DNA from: Longimicrobiales bacterium
GTDB taxonomy: Bacteria > Gemmatimonadota > Gemmatimonadetes > Longimicrobiales > Gaopeijiaceae
Length of the DNA: 64,000 bases
Assembly: GCA_965219445.1 (NCBI GenBank)
Contig: CBDCNQ010000004.1
Coordinates: 736,001 to 800,000 of the forward strand
Direction of reading: 5' to 3'
Part shown: positions 1 to 10,440 of the stretch, piece by piece
How positions within the stretch are numbered: the stretch's first letter is position 1
How the letters are laid out: the number at the start of each line of letters is the position of its first letter
Position numbers and translations under genes: made by a program
The notes under the pieces: generated by a model
What the model was told of the DNA's origin: nothing
What the model saw: the letters and a program-made list of their open reading frames with translations, nothing else
The model's database searches: none

Positions 1-2
1 CT

Positions 3-221
3 CCGATCGTTCAGATCGAGCGTGAGAGCGCGGGCCAGTGGGAATTTCTGGCCGACGACGCGAATCCAGAGGTGCAGGTGCAGGCGGTCGAAGAGAGCGG
101 CGCCGGCTACCTGTGGGAGGCACGCTGGGTGCCGAGGTCGGTCCCCACTGGGGGCTACCGACTCCGATTGCTCTCCCGTCAGGGGCTACCGGAGGTGGTG
201 GGTTCCGACTGTAGAGTCTAG
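3..221 (+). CDS. 3' end of a gene running in from the left edge; weak resemblance to the C-terminal domain of neutral/alkaline ceramidase
   Basis: Frame 3 is open from the edge (PIVQIERESAGQWEFLADD...WEARW...GGYRLRL) to TAG at 219-221; family guess by eye only. Confidence 0.4.
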   Translation, partial: PIVQIERESAGQWEFLADDANPEVQVQAVEESGAGYLWEARWVPRSVPTGGYRLRLLSRQGLPEVVGSDCRV

Positions 222-257
222 TGTGGTGTTGGCTCGCGAACTCTGGGACACCACACT
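220..257. terminator. Hairpin between convergent genes, possible bidirectional terminator
   Basis: AGTGTGGTGT (220-229) is the exact reverse complement of ACACCACACT (248-257); no clear U-tract. Confidence 0.5.
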
Positions 258-270
258 CGTACCTGAGCGC

Positions 271-1314
271 TCAGATCCTTTCCACCGAATAGAGGTGGAG
301 CGCCCCCACCCGTCCCCTGAGTTCCACGTCACCCACCGACCTAGCTTCCAGATGAGGCGGCAACTCGATCGCTCTGTAGACGAGCTCCGACACCAGGCAT
401 TCGACTTCCAGCGCTTTGCACGCCGCCTCAACGCGGGCCGCCGTGTTCATCGTATCCCCGTGGAACGCCAGATCCCTTCTCGCCTCTCCGACCCAGGTCG
501 TGACGACGTCGCCTCCGTGGATCCCCGCGCGGAGTCGAGGGACAGTATCGTACTTTCGGCGATATTCATCCTGCCGGCGCTCCAGCAGCTGGATCATGTC
601 GAAGAAACACTGCACACAGGCAGCGGAGCGTGCACCTCTATGCATCCTCCAGGTCACGAGCACTGAATCTCCCGCGTGCTGATACACTTCCCCCCGCCAC
701 GTGAGGATCGCCTCCGAGAGGTCGTAGAAACAGTCCCTCAGGAAACTGCTGTATGCCATATGACCCAGACGTTCGGCGATTCCGGTAGAGCCGATGACGT
801 CCGCAAACAGGAAGATGCGGCTTTCCTCCACCGGGTAGTGGTACCGCCCCGTGAGGAGACGGCGGATCTCCCCCGGGTTGTGGAGCTTTCGCACTTGGAG
901 GAACGAGGTCGTGATGGCTGCAGCGATGAAGGCGAAGATCAGATCTCTCCACAAACCGCCCTCGACAGCGTAAGCCGCGACGCTTTCTACAGGCCCCAGT
1001 TCGAGAACGATCGAACGATCGACCGCGTTCACGGTGATCAGCGCTGTGATCATCAGCAGCGTGTAGGCCCCGATGCGGACGACGCTGAGCCGCGGGAAGG
1101 CCATCGTGCGGCTCCAGCGTGGGAGGATGAACTCCTCCCCCACGCCGAGGCCGACACCGATAAGGATGCCGATCGCGACTCCCCGGAGAGCCGAAAAAAA
1201 GAGCTGCCGTTCGTCGAATTGGCCGATAACCGGTCCCAGGGCGGCGCCAATCACGGCCCCCCACAAAGTGAAGGCGGCGACCGTACGGAGCCGTTTTCTC
1301 GCCAGATTGTTCAT
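271..1314 (-). CDS. Membrane-anchored class III adenylate/guanylate cyclase domain protein
   Basis: Several N-terminal TM segments; motifs FADVIGST, AGD, RAGIHGG, GDTMNTAAR, LRGR; ATG at 1314 preceded by AGGA. Confidence 0.85.
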   Translation of the reverse strand: MNNLARKRLRTVAAFTLWGAVIGAALGPVIGQFDERQLFFSALRGVAIGILIGVGLGVGEEFILPRWSRTMAFPRLSVVRIGAYTLLMITALITVNAVDRSIVLELGPVESVAAYAVEGGLWRDLIFAFIAAAITTSFLQVRKLHNPGEIRRLLTGRYHYPVEESRIFLFADVIGSTGIAERLGHMAYSSFLRDCFYDLSEAILTWRGEVYQHAGDSVLVTWRMHRGARSAACVQCFFDMIQLLERRQDEYRRKYDTVPRLRAGIHGGDVVTTWVGEARRDLAFHGDTMNTAARVEAACKALEVECLVSELVYRAIELPPHLEARSVGDVELRGRVGALHLYSVERI

Positions 1315-1585
1315 ATTCCTCAATCAGCGGTCCGGCGGTGTATCCCCCAGCCTAGTTCGCGCCACCCGCCCCGACGAGCATGATGACATGTCGAGGCGTG
1401 GAAGTCACGCACGGCCTGAACACCGCTAATTCCCTGGGATTCCATGCATATCGTTGTGTGGGCAGCCACATCTATTTCGGGATGTGCCGTCTACAGTTGG
1501 AACCTACAACCCTTGCGACGGGTTTCGTACATCCTGATCCGGCCGTTAATTTTTGTTTTTGATTCACCCCCCGCGGACACGATCG

Positions 1586-3508
1586 ATGCGACAACTTTCG
1601 GCCATCATGTTTACGGACATGGTAGGCTTCACGGCCCTGATGCAGGATGACGAACATCGGGCAAAGAGCGTCCGCGATCGACATCGTGACACGCTCCGCC
1701 AGTCGATCGAGAAGCACGGTGGTGAGATCATTCAGTTCTACGGGGACGGGACCCTCAGCGTCTTCGGAAGCGCCATCGACGCAGTGTCATCCGCCGTCGC
1801 CGCCCAACAGGCACTCCAACAGGAACCCTCGATCCCCGTCCGGATTGGACTCCACATCGGCGACATCGACCGGGACGAGGACGGCGTTTACGGTGACGGG
1901 GTCAACGTCGCCGCCCGCATCGAAGGACTATCGGCACCCGGCGCGGTCATGATCTCGGGCAAGGTCTTCGACGAGATCAAGAACCACCCGCATCTGCCCG
2001 CGACCGCGCTCGGTGAATTCGACCTGAAGAACGTGCGTCGTCCGGTCCGGGTCTTCGCGATCACAGCGCCGGGGCTCGTCGTTCCCGATGCCGAGTCGAT
2101 GGTCGCACGGACCGGACCACCCCAGAAAACGATCGCGGTGCTCCCCTTCGTCAATATGAGCGCCGATCCGGACAACGAGTTCTTCAGCGACGGGATTTCC
2201 GAGGAGTTGATCAATGCCCTGACGCGGGTGGAGGGCCTCCAGGTGACGGCCAGAACGTCGTCCTTCGCCTTCAGAGACAAGAACAAGGACGTTCGTGAGA
2301 TCGGACGGAAACTCGGTGTGAGCGCTGTGCTGGAGGGGAGCGTCCGCAAGGCCGGCAATCGGGTCCGCATCACGGCTCAGCTGATCGACACGCGTGACGG
2401 TTACCACATTTTTTCGAGCGTTTACGACCGAGTCCTGGAAGATATCTTCGAGACCCAGGATGAGATCACCCTCAAGATCGTCGACAAACTTCGGGCCACG
2501 TTGCCAGAGAACGGAGAGAAGCCCTCCTTGGTCCGGCCAGTGACCGAACATTCCGAGGCGTACCAGGCCTACCTCAAGGGGATGTACTGCTGGAATCAGT
2601 GGACACCCGATTCGGCGCGCCAGTCCATAGACCACTTTCAGCGCGCGATCGAGTTGGACCCCGAGTTCGCGCGGGCGTGGGGGGCGATGGCTCGTAGCCA
2701 TACGTATCTGGGGGCGATGGGTCGCTCAGCCCGGTGCGGGGAAGCCTACGGCTGTGCGTACGCGGCCGCGGAGAAAGCCATCGAGCTCGACTCTGAGATC
2801 GAAGACTCCCACGTCGCTCTGGGGCTCGTCCGGCTCTTCCACGACTGGGATCGCCCAGCCGCGGAGGCGTCGTTCCTCCGAGCGATGGCCATCAACCCGG
2901 ATTCGGTCGACGTGCTCCACGGCTATTCCCTCTACCTCCAAGCGGATGGACGGGCCGAGGAGGCGGTCGCCGTCCTCGAACGCGCCGCCATGCTCGATCC
3001 CCTCAACCTCCCGGTCCTCGACCACCTCGGGAGGGCACATGCGACGTGCAGGCAGTACGACGAGGCGCTGGCCCAATTCGACCGTGTCTTGGAGCTGGAC
3101 CCGGAGTTCCGGTCGGCCCACGAAGGGAAGGGTTGGACGTGTTTGTACATGGGTCGCTTAGACGACGCCATCGACACGTTCGAGCGAGTCCGCGATCTGA
3201 CGCCCCACCCCAAAGGCGGCATTACGCCGCTCGCCTACGCCCTGGGCGTGGCAGGTCGGGAGGCCGAAGCGGAGGAGCTCGTGGCGCTCATCAAGGAGCG
3301 AGAGCAGGAGGAGCCGGACGTGTCTCTCGACCTGGATCTAGCCGTAATTTTCTCGGGGATGGGAAGAGAGGAGCAGGCGCTGGACCGGCTTCGTCGGGCC
3401 GCCGACAAACGCGTCGGATCTCTCATCTTTCTGCGTAACTGGCCTTTGTGGGAGCGTCTGAGGCAGATGAGCGGTGTCGAGGAGTTCATGGAGGAACAGG
3501 GGCTTTAG
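1586..3508 (+). CDS. Class III cyclase + TolB-like (adenylate cyclase-associated) domain + TPR repeats
   Basis: AIMFTDMVGFT, YGDG, GDGVNVAAR; IAVLPFVNMS..FSDGISEELINAL..LEGSVRKAGNRVRITAQLI; TPRs; start moved to ATG 1586. Confidence 0.88.
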   Translation: MRQLSAIMFTDMVGFTALMQDDEHRAKSVRDRHRDTLRQSIEKHGGEIIQFYGDGTLSVFGSAIDAVSSAVAAQQALQQEPSIPVRIGLHIGDIDRDEDGVYGDGVNVAARIEGLSAPGAVMISGKVFDEIKNHPHLPATALGEFDLKNVRRPVRVFAITAPGLVVPDAESMVARTGPPQKTIAVLPFVNMSADPDNEFFSDGISEELINALTRVEGLQVTARTSSFAFRDKNKDVREIGRKLGVSAVLEGSVRKAGNRVRITAQLIDTRDGYHIFSSVYDRVLEDIFETQDEITLKIVDKLRATLPENGEKPSLVRPVTEHSEAYQAYLKGMYCWNQWTPDSARQSIDHFQRAIELDPEFARAWGAMARSHTYLGAMGRSARCGEAYGCAYAAAEKAIELDSEIEDSHVALGLVRLFHDWDRPAAEASFLRAMAINPDSVDVLHGYSLYLQADGRAEEAVAVLERAAMLDPLNLPVLDHLGRAHATCRQYDEALAQFDRVLELDPEFRSAHEGKGWTCLYMGRLDDAIDTFERVRDLTPHPKGGITPLAYALGVAGREAEAEELVALIKEREQEEPDVSLDLDLAVIFSGMGREEQALDRLRRAADKRVGSLIFLRNWPLWERLRQMSGVEEFMEEQGL

Positions 3509-5476
3509 ACGCTCGGACCTATCTTTCGCAGGAGATCTTGAAAGCGCGGATCCTCGCGCAACCCCCCCCCATCCACGGACAGACGTACCCACAAAAAGCA
3601 GCGAACTGTCCCGCGCCTCGATGCCCTTGTCCAGGTGTCGAAACGCCTCGTCGAACTCCCCGAGACCGGCATGCACAAGCGCCAACTCGAAGCTCACATG
3701 CACCCCTCGACCGTCCGCCTGCCATTGTCGAAGTTCCTCCAAACACTCCCGTGCATCGTCGACGCGCCCCGCCACGCCATACGCGAATCCCAGGGACCCC
3801 AGAGCCTTCTCATGTCCGGGGTTCGCGATATGCAGAGAGCGGAACGTGTCTATGGCGGTGGGCAGATCGCCGCAGTGCAGCTGGAGCCACCCGCGGCCCT
3901 CTAACGCCCGGAAGAAGTCAGGGTCTAAGTCGAGCGTGCGTTCGAACTGATCGACCGCGTCGTCGAATCGGCCGACAGACGTGTAGTCGTTCGCGAGTGC
4001 GTTGCTGTAGAGAGAGGAAAGAGGGTCAAGTCTGGTTGCCGTCTCCAAGGCCGCGATCGCCCCATCCAAGTCACCGCCCGCACGTAGAATGAAGGCATGA
4101 TCATAGTGAAGCTGTGCGGACCCTGGATTTCGGGCGAGGGCCTTCCGCATAGCCACGTCCGCAGCCTCGATATCCCAGTCGATGATCAGTTTGATGTCGG
4201 CCAGGGCCGCAGGACCTTCGCTGCCCCCGGGATCCAATTCCTCGGCCCGGGCCGCGGCTTCACGGGCAGGTCCGACGCCTTTGTCTTTACTCATGTGTCC
4301 CAACACGAGGAGAAAGGCGTACGCGTACGCGAGACCTCCATAGGCCGCAGCGAAGTCCGGATCACGTGCTACTGCTCGCTCGAAATAATCCAGAGCTCGT
4401 TCGGCGCTGGGACGGCTCCATTGATTCATGAAGAACCGTCCACGCAGATAAAGGTTGTACGTCTCGGGGTCCTTGGTCCGCGATCGCTCGAGGGACCCCC
4501 CAGCCTTCCCTGGTAGGGAGGTCCGAAGTTTTTCGGTGATCTTCAGCGCGATCTCATCCTGGGTCTCGAAGACGTCCTCCAGGATCCGGTCGTATACATC
4601 GGAAAAGACGTGATAACCCGTGTCGGTATTGATGAGCTGAGCGGTGATCCGGACCCGCCCACCCGCCTTACGGACACTTCCCTCGAGGACGTGACCGACG
4701 TTCAGCATGGATCCAACCTGGCGGATGTCCGCCCCCTTCCCTTTGAAGGCGAACGAGGACGTGCGAGCCGTCACCTGAAGTCCCTCAACACGCGTCAGCG
4801 AATTGATGATCTCCTCGGCGATACCATCGCTGAAATATTCGTTTTCGGGGTCCGCACTCATGTTGATGAAAGGGAGTACCGCGATGCTCTTCGGCCCCGC
4901 AGCAGCGGCGGTGGCCGGTCCATCCGCGTGCCGGAGTCGTGTCGACTCGCCGAGTTGCGGTGAGGGAGGACCATCTTCACCAGCCACCTTGAACACCGCG
5001 ACGCGCGTACTCACGTTCTTGAGATCGAAGCGGCCGAGGGACTCGATGAACATCCCCGGCTGGTTCTTGACGTCGTCGAAAACCTTCCCGGAAATAAAGA
5101 CTTCCCCCGGCGGGCACAGATTTTGAACTCGGGAAGCTACGTTGACACCGTCTCCGTATACTCCCTGGTCCTCTCTCACGACGTCCCCGGTATGGATCCC
5201 GATCCGCAGGGGCAACACAGGAGGACCGGACAGGGTTTCTTGGATCTCGAGAGCGCAGCGCACGGCCTGGATAGCGCTGGTGAATATGCTCAGGCTGCCA
5301 TCGCCATAGTGCTCCAGCAACTCGCCCCCGTGGAGGCCCAAAGTGTCCGTCAACACGATGCGGTGCCGATCGCGGACCTCGCGTGCCTTCTGCTCATCAC
5401 GCTGCATCAGGGCCGTGTACCCGGCCACGTCGGTGAACATGATGGCAGCGAGGTGCCGTGTCTGCTTTTCGACCAT
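3505..5476 (-). CDS. Paralogous class III cyclase + TolB-like + TPR protein, with a frameshift near the C-terminus in a G9 run
   Basis: Same architecture as the convergent neighbour; removing one base from C9 at 3562-3570 gives the family-typical ending WGGLREDPRFQDLLRKIGPSV* with TAA at 3505-3507. Confidence 0.82.
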
Positions 5477-5667
5477 GGCGATCTTTTCGCTCGGGCCGGA
5501 GGGTCATGTCTCCGGCGTCCGGCACATCCGGTACGGCTAAGGCCTAGCTCGGCCGACCACCGATTGCGCTACAGCATTCCTGCACGCCAGACAATAGGGC
5601 ATACCGAATCGGTGGGCCAGATTTCAAGAACAGGCGAACTTCCCTTGGGTCCGAGGCGCGCCGGCCC

Positions 5668-6075
5668 CTACGGCCTGGCCCGCATGTACTTGACGAGTCG
5701 CTGCCGCCCCACCTCACCCGCGTAGATGTTGCCTTGGAAATCGACACCCAGAAACTCCACACCGGTTCCAGTCGGGGTCTCCGAGTCGGGGATGAACGAC
5801 GTCACCCAGCCGGACTCCGCATCTCCGATCCTGATTCCCCTCTCCCACCCGGGATTCCAGTTAGCGTCGGACATCCCGTAGCCGGCGTAGATGATGTCCT
5901 CGGTGTCCACGAACACCACGCTCGGCCGCCCGAACTGCGCCCACACCGACAGGAGGTTGCCATCCTGGTCGAAACTCTGGATCCGATTGTTCCCCCGATC
6001 CGCGACAATGACCCGACCTCGACTATCCATCGTGATATCGTGCGGATCGTTGAATTTGCCTGGATCTCCGCTACT
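5668..6075 (-). pseudogene. C-terminal remnant of an NHL-repeat beta-propeller protein
   Basis: GKFNDPHDITMDSRGRVIVADRGNNRIQSFDQDG NHL motif continues upstream of the called Met up to an in-frame TGA; N-terminal blades are missing. Confidence 0.65.
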
Positions 6076-6088
6076 TCACCGTCCCTCT

Positions 6089-6817
6089 CTAGATTCTCTC
6101 CAAGACCCAGCCCGGCGTAAACCTGGTAAGGTACGTGCTCAAAATCGTGAAGGAACCCGACATGAGGAGGAGACCCAGAACGATGAGCATGACTCCGGAT
6201 GCCTTCTCGACTGCTGGCAAAAACCGGCGGAACCGGGAGAATACGCCGAGAAACCAGTCCAGGGCAAGCGCGGAAATCAAGAATGGGATGGCCAGCCCCA
6301 AGGAGTAAACGCTCAAGAGGCTCACACCCGCCCATACCGTATCCTGAGTCCCGGCCAGAGTCAGGATCGCTCCCAGAACGGGGCCGATGCAGGGCGTCCA
6401 GCCGGCCCCGAAGGCCGCCCCCACTCCTACCGTTCCCAGATATCCGGCGGGCCTGTCGCTCAAATGGACTCTGCGCTCACGCATCAGCGGTGCGATCCTG
6501 AAGACTCCCGTGAGGTGAAGGCCGAGTACGACGATGAGGGCACCCCCGATCCGGGCGATCCAGACCTCGTAGTATCGCAGGAATGCGCCAAGAAAAGACG
6601 CCGAGGCGCCCAATGTGACAAAGATGATGCTGAAGCCCGTCACGAAGAGGAGCGAGTGCATGAGCGTCGCCTTGCGGTCGACACCCTCCTGGAGATCCTC
6701 CAGGCTCATCCCAGTAACAAACGACAGATAACTGGGCACCAGAGGTAGGACGCACGGCGACAGGAACGAGAGCACCCCTGCCGTCAATGCGACCAAGAGA
6801 CCGACAGACTCGTTCAT
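6089..6817 (-). CDS. ccdA: Cytochrome c biogenesis thiol-disulfide transporter CcdA
   Basis: AGVLSFLSPCVLPLVPSY and GWTPCIGPVLGAIL motifs; ATG 6817 after GGAGG. Confidence 0.9.
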   Translation of the reverse strand: MNESVGLLVALTAGVLSFLSPCVLPLVPSYLSFVTGMSLEDLQEGVDRKATLMHSLLFVTGFSIIFVTLGASASFLGAFLRYYEVWIARIGGALIVVLGLHLTGVFRIAPLMRERRVHLSDRPAGYLGTVGVGAAFGAGWTPCIGPVLGAILTLAGTQDTVWAGVSLLSVYSLGLAIPFLISALALDWFLGVFSRFRRFLPAVEKASGVMLIVLGLLLMSGSFTILSTYLTRFTPGWVLERI

Positions 6818-6824
6818 CCTCCAC

Positions 6825-8396
6825 TCAATTCCTTTCGTCTTTTGAGTCAGGTGGGTCCGGCTCCAGGGCACGAAAACGGTGCCACAGAGCTCGAAACCCC
6901 ATCACGATACCGAGCCAGGCAAGCACCAAAGCTAACGCCCAGCCGAACACGAAAGGAAAGAAGCCGACGACGACGGCGGCGGAGATCGCGATAATTGCGA
7001 CCGTCCCGAGGATCGCCCGATCCTCTCGGCCCAGCGTGCGGTGGCCGGCCAGGGCGTCGCTGAACGATACGCCCGCCCGCACCAACTGGGGGAGCCGCCA
7101 CGGTCTCGACACGGTCTCTCGGTCCATCATTGCTTCTAAGCGCTCCGTGAGCCTACCCTCGGGTTCCAGCGGCGTCGCCGGTAGTCCTTGAAGCGTGGGC
7201 AGCGGCTCCGCGGGTACAGCCGCATGTGTACGACGGCGTCCCGGAAGTACGATTTCTGAAGAGGATGCCAGGTCGGCCAGAAAGATCCCCTCCAGCTGCC
7301 CCGCTAACGACGCATCCAAAACGCCCACGTCCACCTCCCAGTTCCCTAGAAGACTCCACGCATTGAGGTTGCTCGATCCCACCCTGCTCCAGAGTCCATC
7401 TGCGACGGAGGTCTTGGCGTGAATCATCCCGCCTTGCCATTCGAAGAGTCGCACGCCTTGTTCGAGCAGGTATCGATAGCCTGCGCGCGAAAGCGTCCCG
7501 ACCAAGGGCCAATTGTTGTTGGCCGGGACGAGCACCCGGACGTCGACCCCGGACTGGGCCGCCTCGGCCATCGCCTCGGCCACCGCCCCGGGTGCAACGA
7601 AGTAGGGGTCCGTGATCCACAAGCGCTCCTGTACCATGGCCGCCACTAGCGCCACGGTCCGGAGGACACGGCTTCGCCCTGGCTCGCCTTCGATGAGCCA
7701 CACCGGCGTATCCCCCAGCGGACTCGCCTCCTCGTCCGCGAAGTCTCTCGGGAGGGGATCACCCATCACATCCCAGATTCGGCCGAATGCCCTGCTGGCC
7801 GCCGACACGGCGGGTCCCCGAATCTCGATGCCGGTGTCACGCCAAGGGGGGTTGTTTGCGGTGCCCGCCCACTCCTGGCCGATACAGAACCCCCCAGCGA
7901 ACGCAACCTCTCCGTCCACGACCACGAGCTTCCGGTGATCCCGCTGGAACACGCCATACGGATCTCGGAGGGAGGGTCGGTTGAAAGCGCGCACCTCAAC
8001 CCCCGCCCGGCGGAACGGCCGCCAATATCGTCGGGGTGTCGCCCAGCACCCCACCCAATCATATAGCAGCCGCACCTCAACCCCTTGCTGAGCCTTCTCT
8101 ACAAGAACATCCCTGAACGCCCGGCCCACCGCATCGTTCCGAAGGATGTAGTTCTCGAAATGGACGTATCGCTTTGCCCTCGCGATCGCCTCAAGCCATG
8201 CGTTGAGCGTGGCGGGTCCGTCGAACTGGAGGGAAATCAAGTTGCCCGGGATTTCAGGAGAGCCGGTCGCTCGCTCGAGCGCCTCCCTCGTCAGACCTCC
8301 GAGACCGCCCTCGCGAGCCGGAAGAAGCTCGGGGGAGGGCGACGGTGGGAGGCTGGCCCTCAGGGCCGAGATCGAGCGCTTCTCGGTGGAAGTCAT
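6825..8396 (-). CDS. Phospholipase D family, cardiolipin synthase (ClsB-like)
   Basis: Two HKD motifs (HRKLVVVD, HAKTSVAD), WRDT and GSSN; C-terminal TM pair. Confidence 0.85.
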   Translation of the reverse strand: MTSTEKRSISALRASLPPSPSPELLPAREGGLGGLTREALERATGSPEIPGNLISLQFDGPATLNAWLEAIARAKRYVHFENYILRNDAVGRAFRDVLVEKAQQGVEVRLLYDWVGCWATPRRYWRPFRRAGVEVRAFNRPSLRDPYGVFQRDHRKLVVVDGEVAFAGGFCIGQEWAGTANNPPWRDTGIEIRGPAVSAASRAFGRIWDVMGDPLPRDFADEEASPLGDTPVWLIEGEPGRSRVLRTVALVAAMVQERLWITDPYFVAPGAVAEAMAEAAQSGVDVRVLVPANNNWPLVGTLSRAGYRYLLEQGVRLFEWQGGMIHAKTSVADGLWSRVGSSNLNAWSLLGNWEVDVGVLDASLAGQLEGIFLADLASSSEIVLPGRRRTHAAVPAEPLPTLQGLPATPLEPEGRLTERLEAMMDRETVSRPWRLPQLVRAGVSFSDALAGHRTLGREDRAILGTVAIIAISAAVVVGFFPFVFGWALALVLAWLGIVMGFRALWHRFRALEPDPPDSKDERN

Positions 8397-8427
8397 CGCA
8401 ACACAGTTCGTGTCACCCGCCGGGCCC

Positions 8428-8928
8428 CTACACGGTCTCGATAGGGCAGGTGAGTCCTTGTGATGTAACTTCTACGCCGGCGGCGGTGCACTCCTGGCAG
8501 AGTCCGTAGATCTCGAGCTTGTGGCGCGTCGGCCGAAATCCGTGCCGGGCAGACACCATGGCCTCGATACGGTGCACTTCCGCACTCTGGAACTCGATGA
8601 CTGCGCCACAGTTCAGGCAGATGAGATGTTCATGGATCGGCTCCGCGGAGAGGCGGTGTTCATATCGTTTGAAGCCCTCACCGAAGTCGAGCTCCGCCAC
8701 GAGCTTACTCCGCACGAGCAGATCCAGAGCCCGATAGATCGTCGCCTTGCCAATCCGGTGGCCCTCGGATCTTAGCACACGCTCGATCTCGTCCACGGAG
8801 AGGTGCTCGCCCGATCCAAAGACCACACTCGCCACCGCCTCCCGTTGGTGGGTGACAGGCAATCCCAGCTCTCTCAGGTAGCGTCCGAAGAGCCGAACGA
8901 ACGGAGCCGAGTCCGGGCGGGCCTTCAC
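8428..8928 (-). CDS. fur: Fur family transcriptional regulator
   Basis: THQRE, IGKATIYRALDLL, HEHLICLNCG, GLCQEC; GTG start overlaps the upstream TGA (GTGA at 8925-8928). Confidence 0.88.
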   Translation of the reverse strand: MKARPDSAPFVRLFGRYLRELGLPVTHQREAVASVVFGSGEHLSVDEIERVLRSEGHRIGKATIYRALDLLVRSKLVAELDFGEGFKRYEHRLSAEPIHEHLICLNCGAVIEFQSAEVHRIEAMVSARHGFRPTRHKLEIYGLCQECTAAGVEVTSQGLTCPIETV

Positions 8929-9344
8929 GCCTCTACGGGCTCCAGCAAGTTGGCGTCGAATTCGTCCAACAGGACCCTGAGCTTCTCCGGGTCCCCGGTA
9001 ATCTCGACCGTGCGGGGCTCCCCGAGGTCGATATGACTCCTGCGCACGACCCCCTGCATCACTCGGGAGAGACGGTCCGGCGGAGCCTGGCCCTCCTCGG
9101 TGATACCGCTCTCGACCGAAAGGCTCGTTCCTGTCCGTTCGGCAGAGTAGGGAGCAGTGTACAACCGGCGAGCGCCATCTTCGGTGAAGCAACTTGCGGC
9201 CACCAGGCCTCGCTCCTTGCGTCCGACGATCAAGGGCGGGAACACCCACAGTCGATCGATCTCACTCTCCCCGAGGCGGCGGGCCATCATCTGAAGTGTC
9301 CTGGGAATGGCCTCCGGCACTCCTGGGTCCCCTTCATCCTTCAC
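8925..9344 (-). CDS. Hypothetical protein
   Basis: Fills the operon gap between nrnA and fur and is coupled to the fur start; start uncertain. Confidence 0.7.
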   Translation of the reverse strand: MKDEGDPGVPEAIPRTLQMMARRLGESEIDRLWVFPPLIVGRKERGLVAASCFTEDGARRLYTAPYSAERTGTSLSVESGITEEGQAPPDRLSRVMQGVVRRSHIDLGEPRTVEITGDPEKLRVLLDEFDANLLEPVEA

Positions 9345-9375
9345 GAGCTAATCTCCAAGTGGACACCGTTTCAAA

Positions 9376-10416
9376 TCAACCGGACGTATTGTACTGCCCC
9401 GACCGCGATAGCTCCACAGCTTCTCGGGTCGCGTGTGTCACGTTCTGGCGAACCTGCTCCATGGGGCCCTCGATCAGAGCCCCCGCAGCCCGTGTATGTC
9501 CGCCGCCCCCGAACTGGCGCGCCAAGGCGTTCACGTTCACGGCGCCGTTGGAGCGGAAGGAGACCTTGATGCCTTTCCGGGGGATCTGGCGAAAGAGGAG
9601 CCCGACCTCCACACCCTCGACCGAGCGGGGGTAATCGACCATCCCTTCGAGATCGTCTGCAACCGCGCCCAGCGCGTCGAACTGATCCGCCGGGACAGTC
9701 ATCCACGCGACCCCTGCTTCCTCGTCGACCTCCAAAAAAGCCAAGGCGCTCTCGAGTAGATGAAACCGTCGGCGCGGGACGGCGCCGTAGAGGCGACGGT
9801 AGGTTTCATCGGGGCTGACACCTCGGTCGACCAACTCGGCAGCGATGCGGAGGCTGGTCGGGGTCGTGTTGCTGAACCGAAACGAACCGGTGTCCGTCAC
9901 AATGGCGACGTACATCGCGAGGTCGGCGATCGCGGGCCACGGCCCGCCGGCCCTTTTGATAAGGTCGAATACGAGCTCGCCGGTCGCGCAGGCACTGGAG
10001 TCGCGGAAGCTCACGCCCTCGATGGGCCGGTCCCCTGTCGGATGATGGTCGATCACGACGGTGGGGAGACCGTTGATCAGCGGCCTCACTCGTCCGATCC
10101 GAGTCACCTCTCCAGTGTCGAGAACGATCGCGACATCCGCACCGTCACAGAGTTCCTGGGCCTCCACCGACGTCGAGTCCACAACCCACGATTCGTCGGG
10201 TAGGAGGAAGTCGAAGGACTGCGGAACCGGTGTCGGATTCACGATGAACGCTTCCGTACCCAGCTCCCGGAGCCACGCCGCCAAAGCGATCTCGGACCCA
10301 CAGCCGTCGCCGTCGGCGTTGATGTGCGTCGTCAGAACCGCCGTTTCCTTCTTTCGCAAAGCCGTGAGGACAGAGTCGATCGCCTCGAACCTGGTCTCAG
10401 CGGTTTGGTACGTCAT
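9376..10416 (-). CDS. nrnA: DHH/DHHA1 phosphoesterase, nano-RNase/pAp phosphatase NrnA
   Basis: HINADGD, IDHH, IVTDTGSFRFSNT, GGGGH motifs. Confidence 0.9.
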   Translation of the reverse strand: MTYQTAETRFEAIDSVLTALRKKETAVLTTHINADGDGCGSEIALAAWLRELGTEAFIVNPTPVPQSFDFLLPDESWVVDSTSVEAQELCDGADVAIVLDTGEVTRIGRVRPLINGLPTVVIDHHPTGDRPIEGVSFRDSSACATGELVFDLIKRAGGPWPAIADLAMYVAIVTDTGSFRFSNTTPTSLRIAAELVDRGVSPDETYRRLYGAVPRRRFHLLESALAFLEVDEEAGVAWMTVPADQFDALGAVADDLEGMVDYPRSVEGVEVGLLFRQIPRKGIKVSFRSNGAVNVNALARQFGGGGHTRAAGALIEGPMEQVRQNVTHATREAVELSRSGQYNTSG

Positions 10417-10440
10417 GGATCCCCTTCTTCAACAGCCTCT

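Noticed and set aside
3338..3504. Genuine 170-bp overlap of the two cyclase genes
   Set aside because: Explained by the G9 frameshift; the corrected frame ends at 3505
271..5476. Cyclase cluster as a Pycsar anti-phage system
   Set aside because: No cyclic-nucleotide-binding TIR/TM effector gene is adjacent; the architectures are signalling-type
8929..9249. Long N-terminal extension of Fur in the ORF track
   Set aside because: Overlaps the upstream gene in another frame; the GTGA-coupled start at 8928 gives a normal-sized Fur
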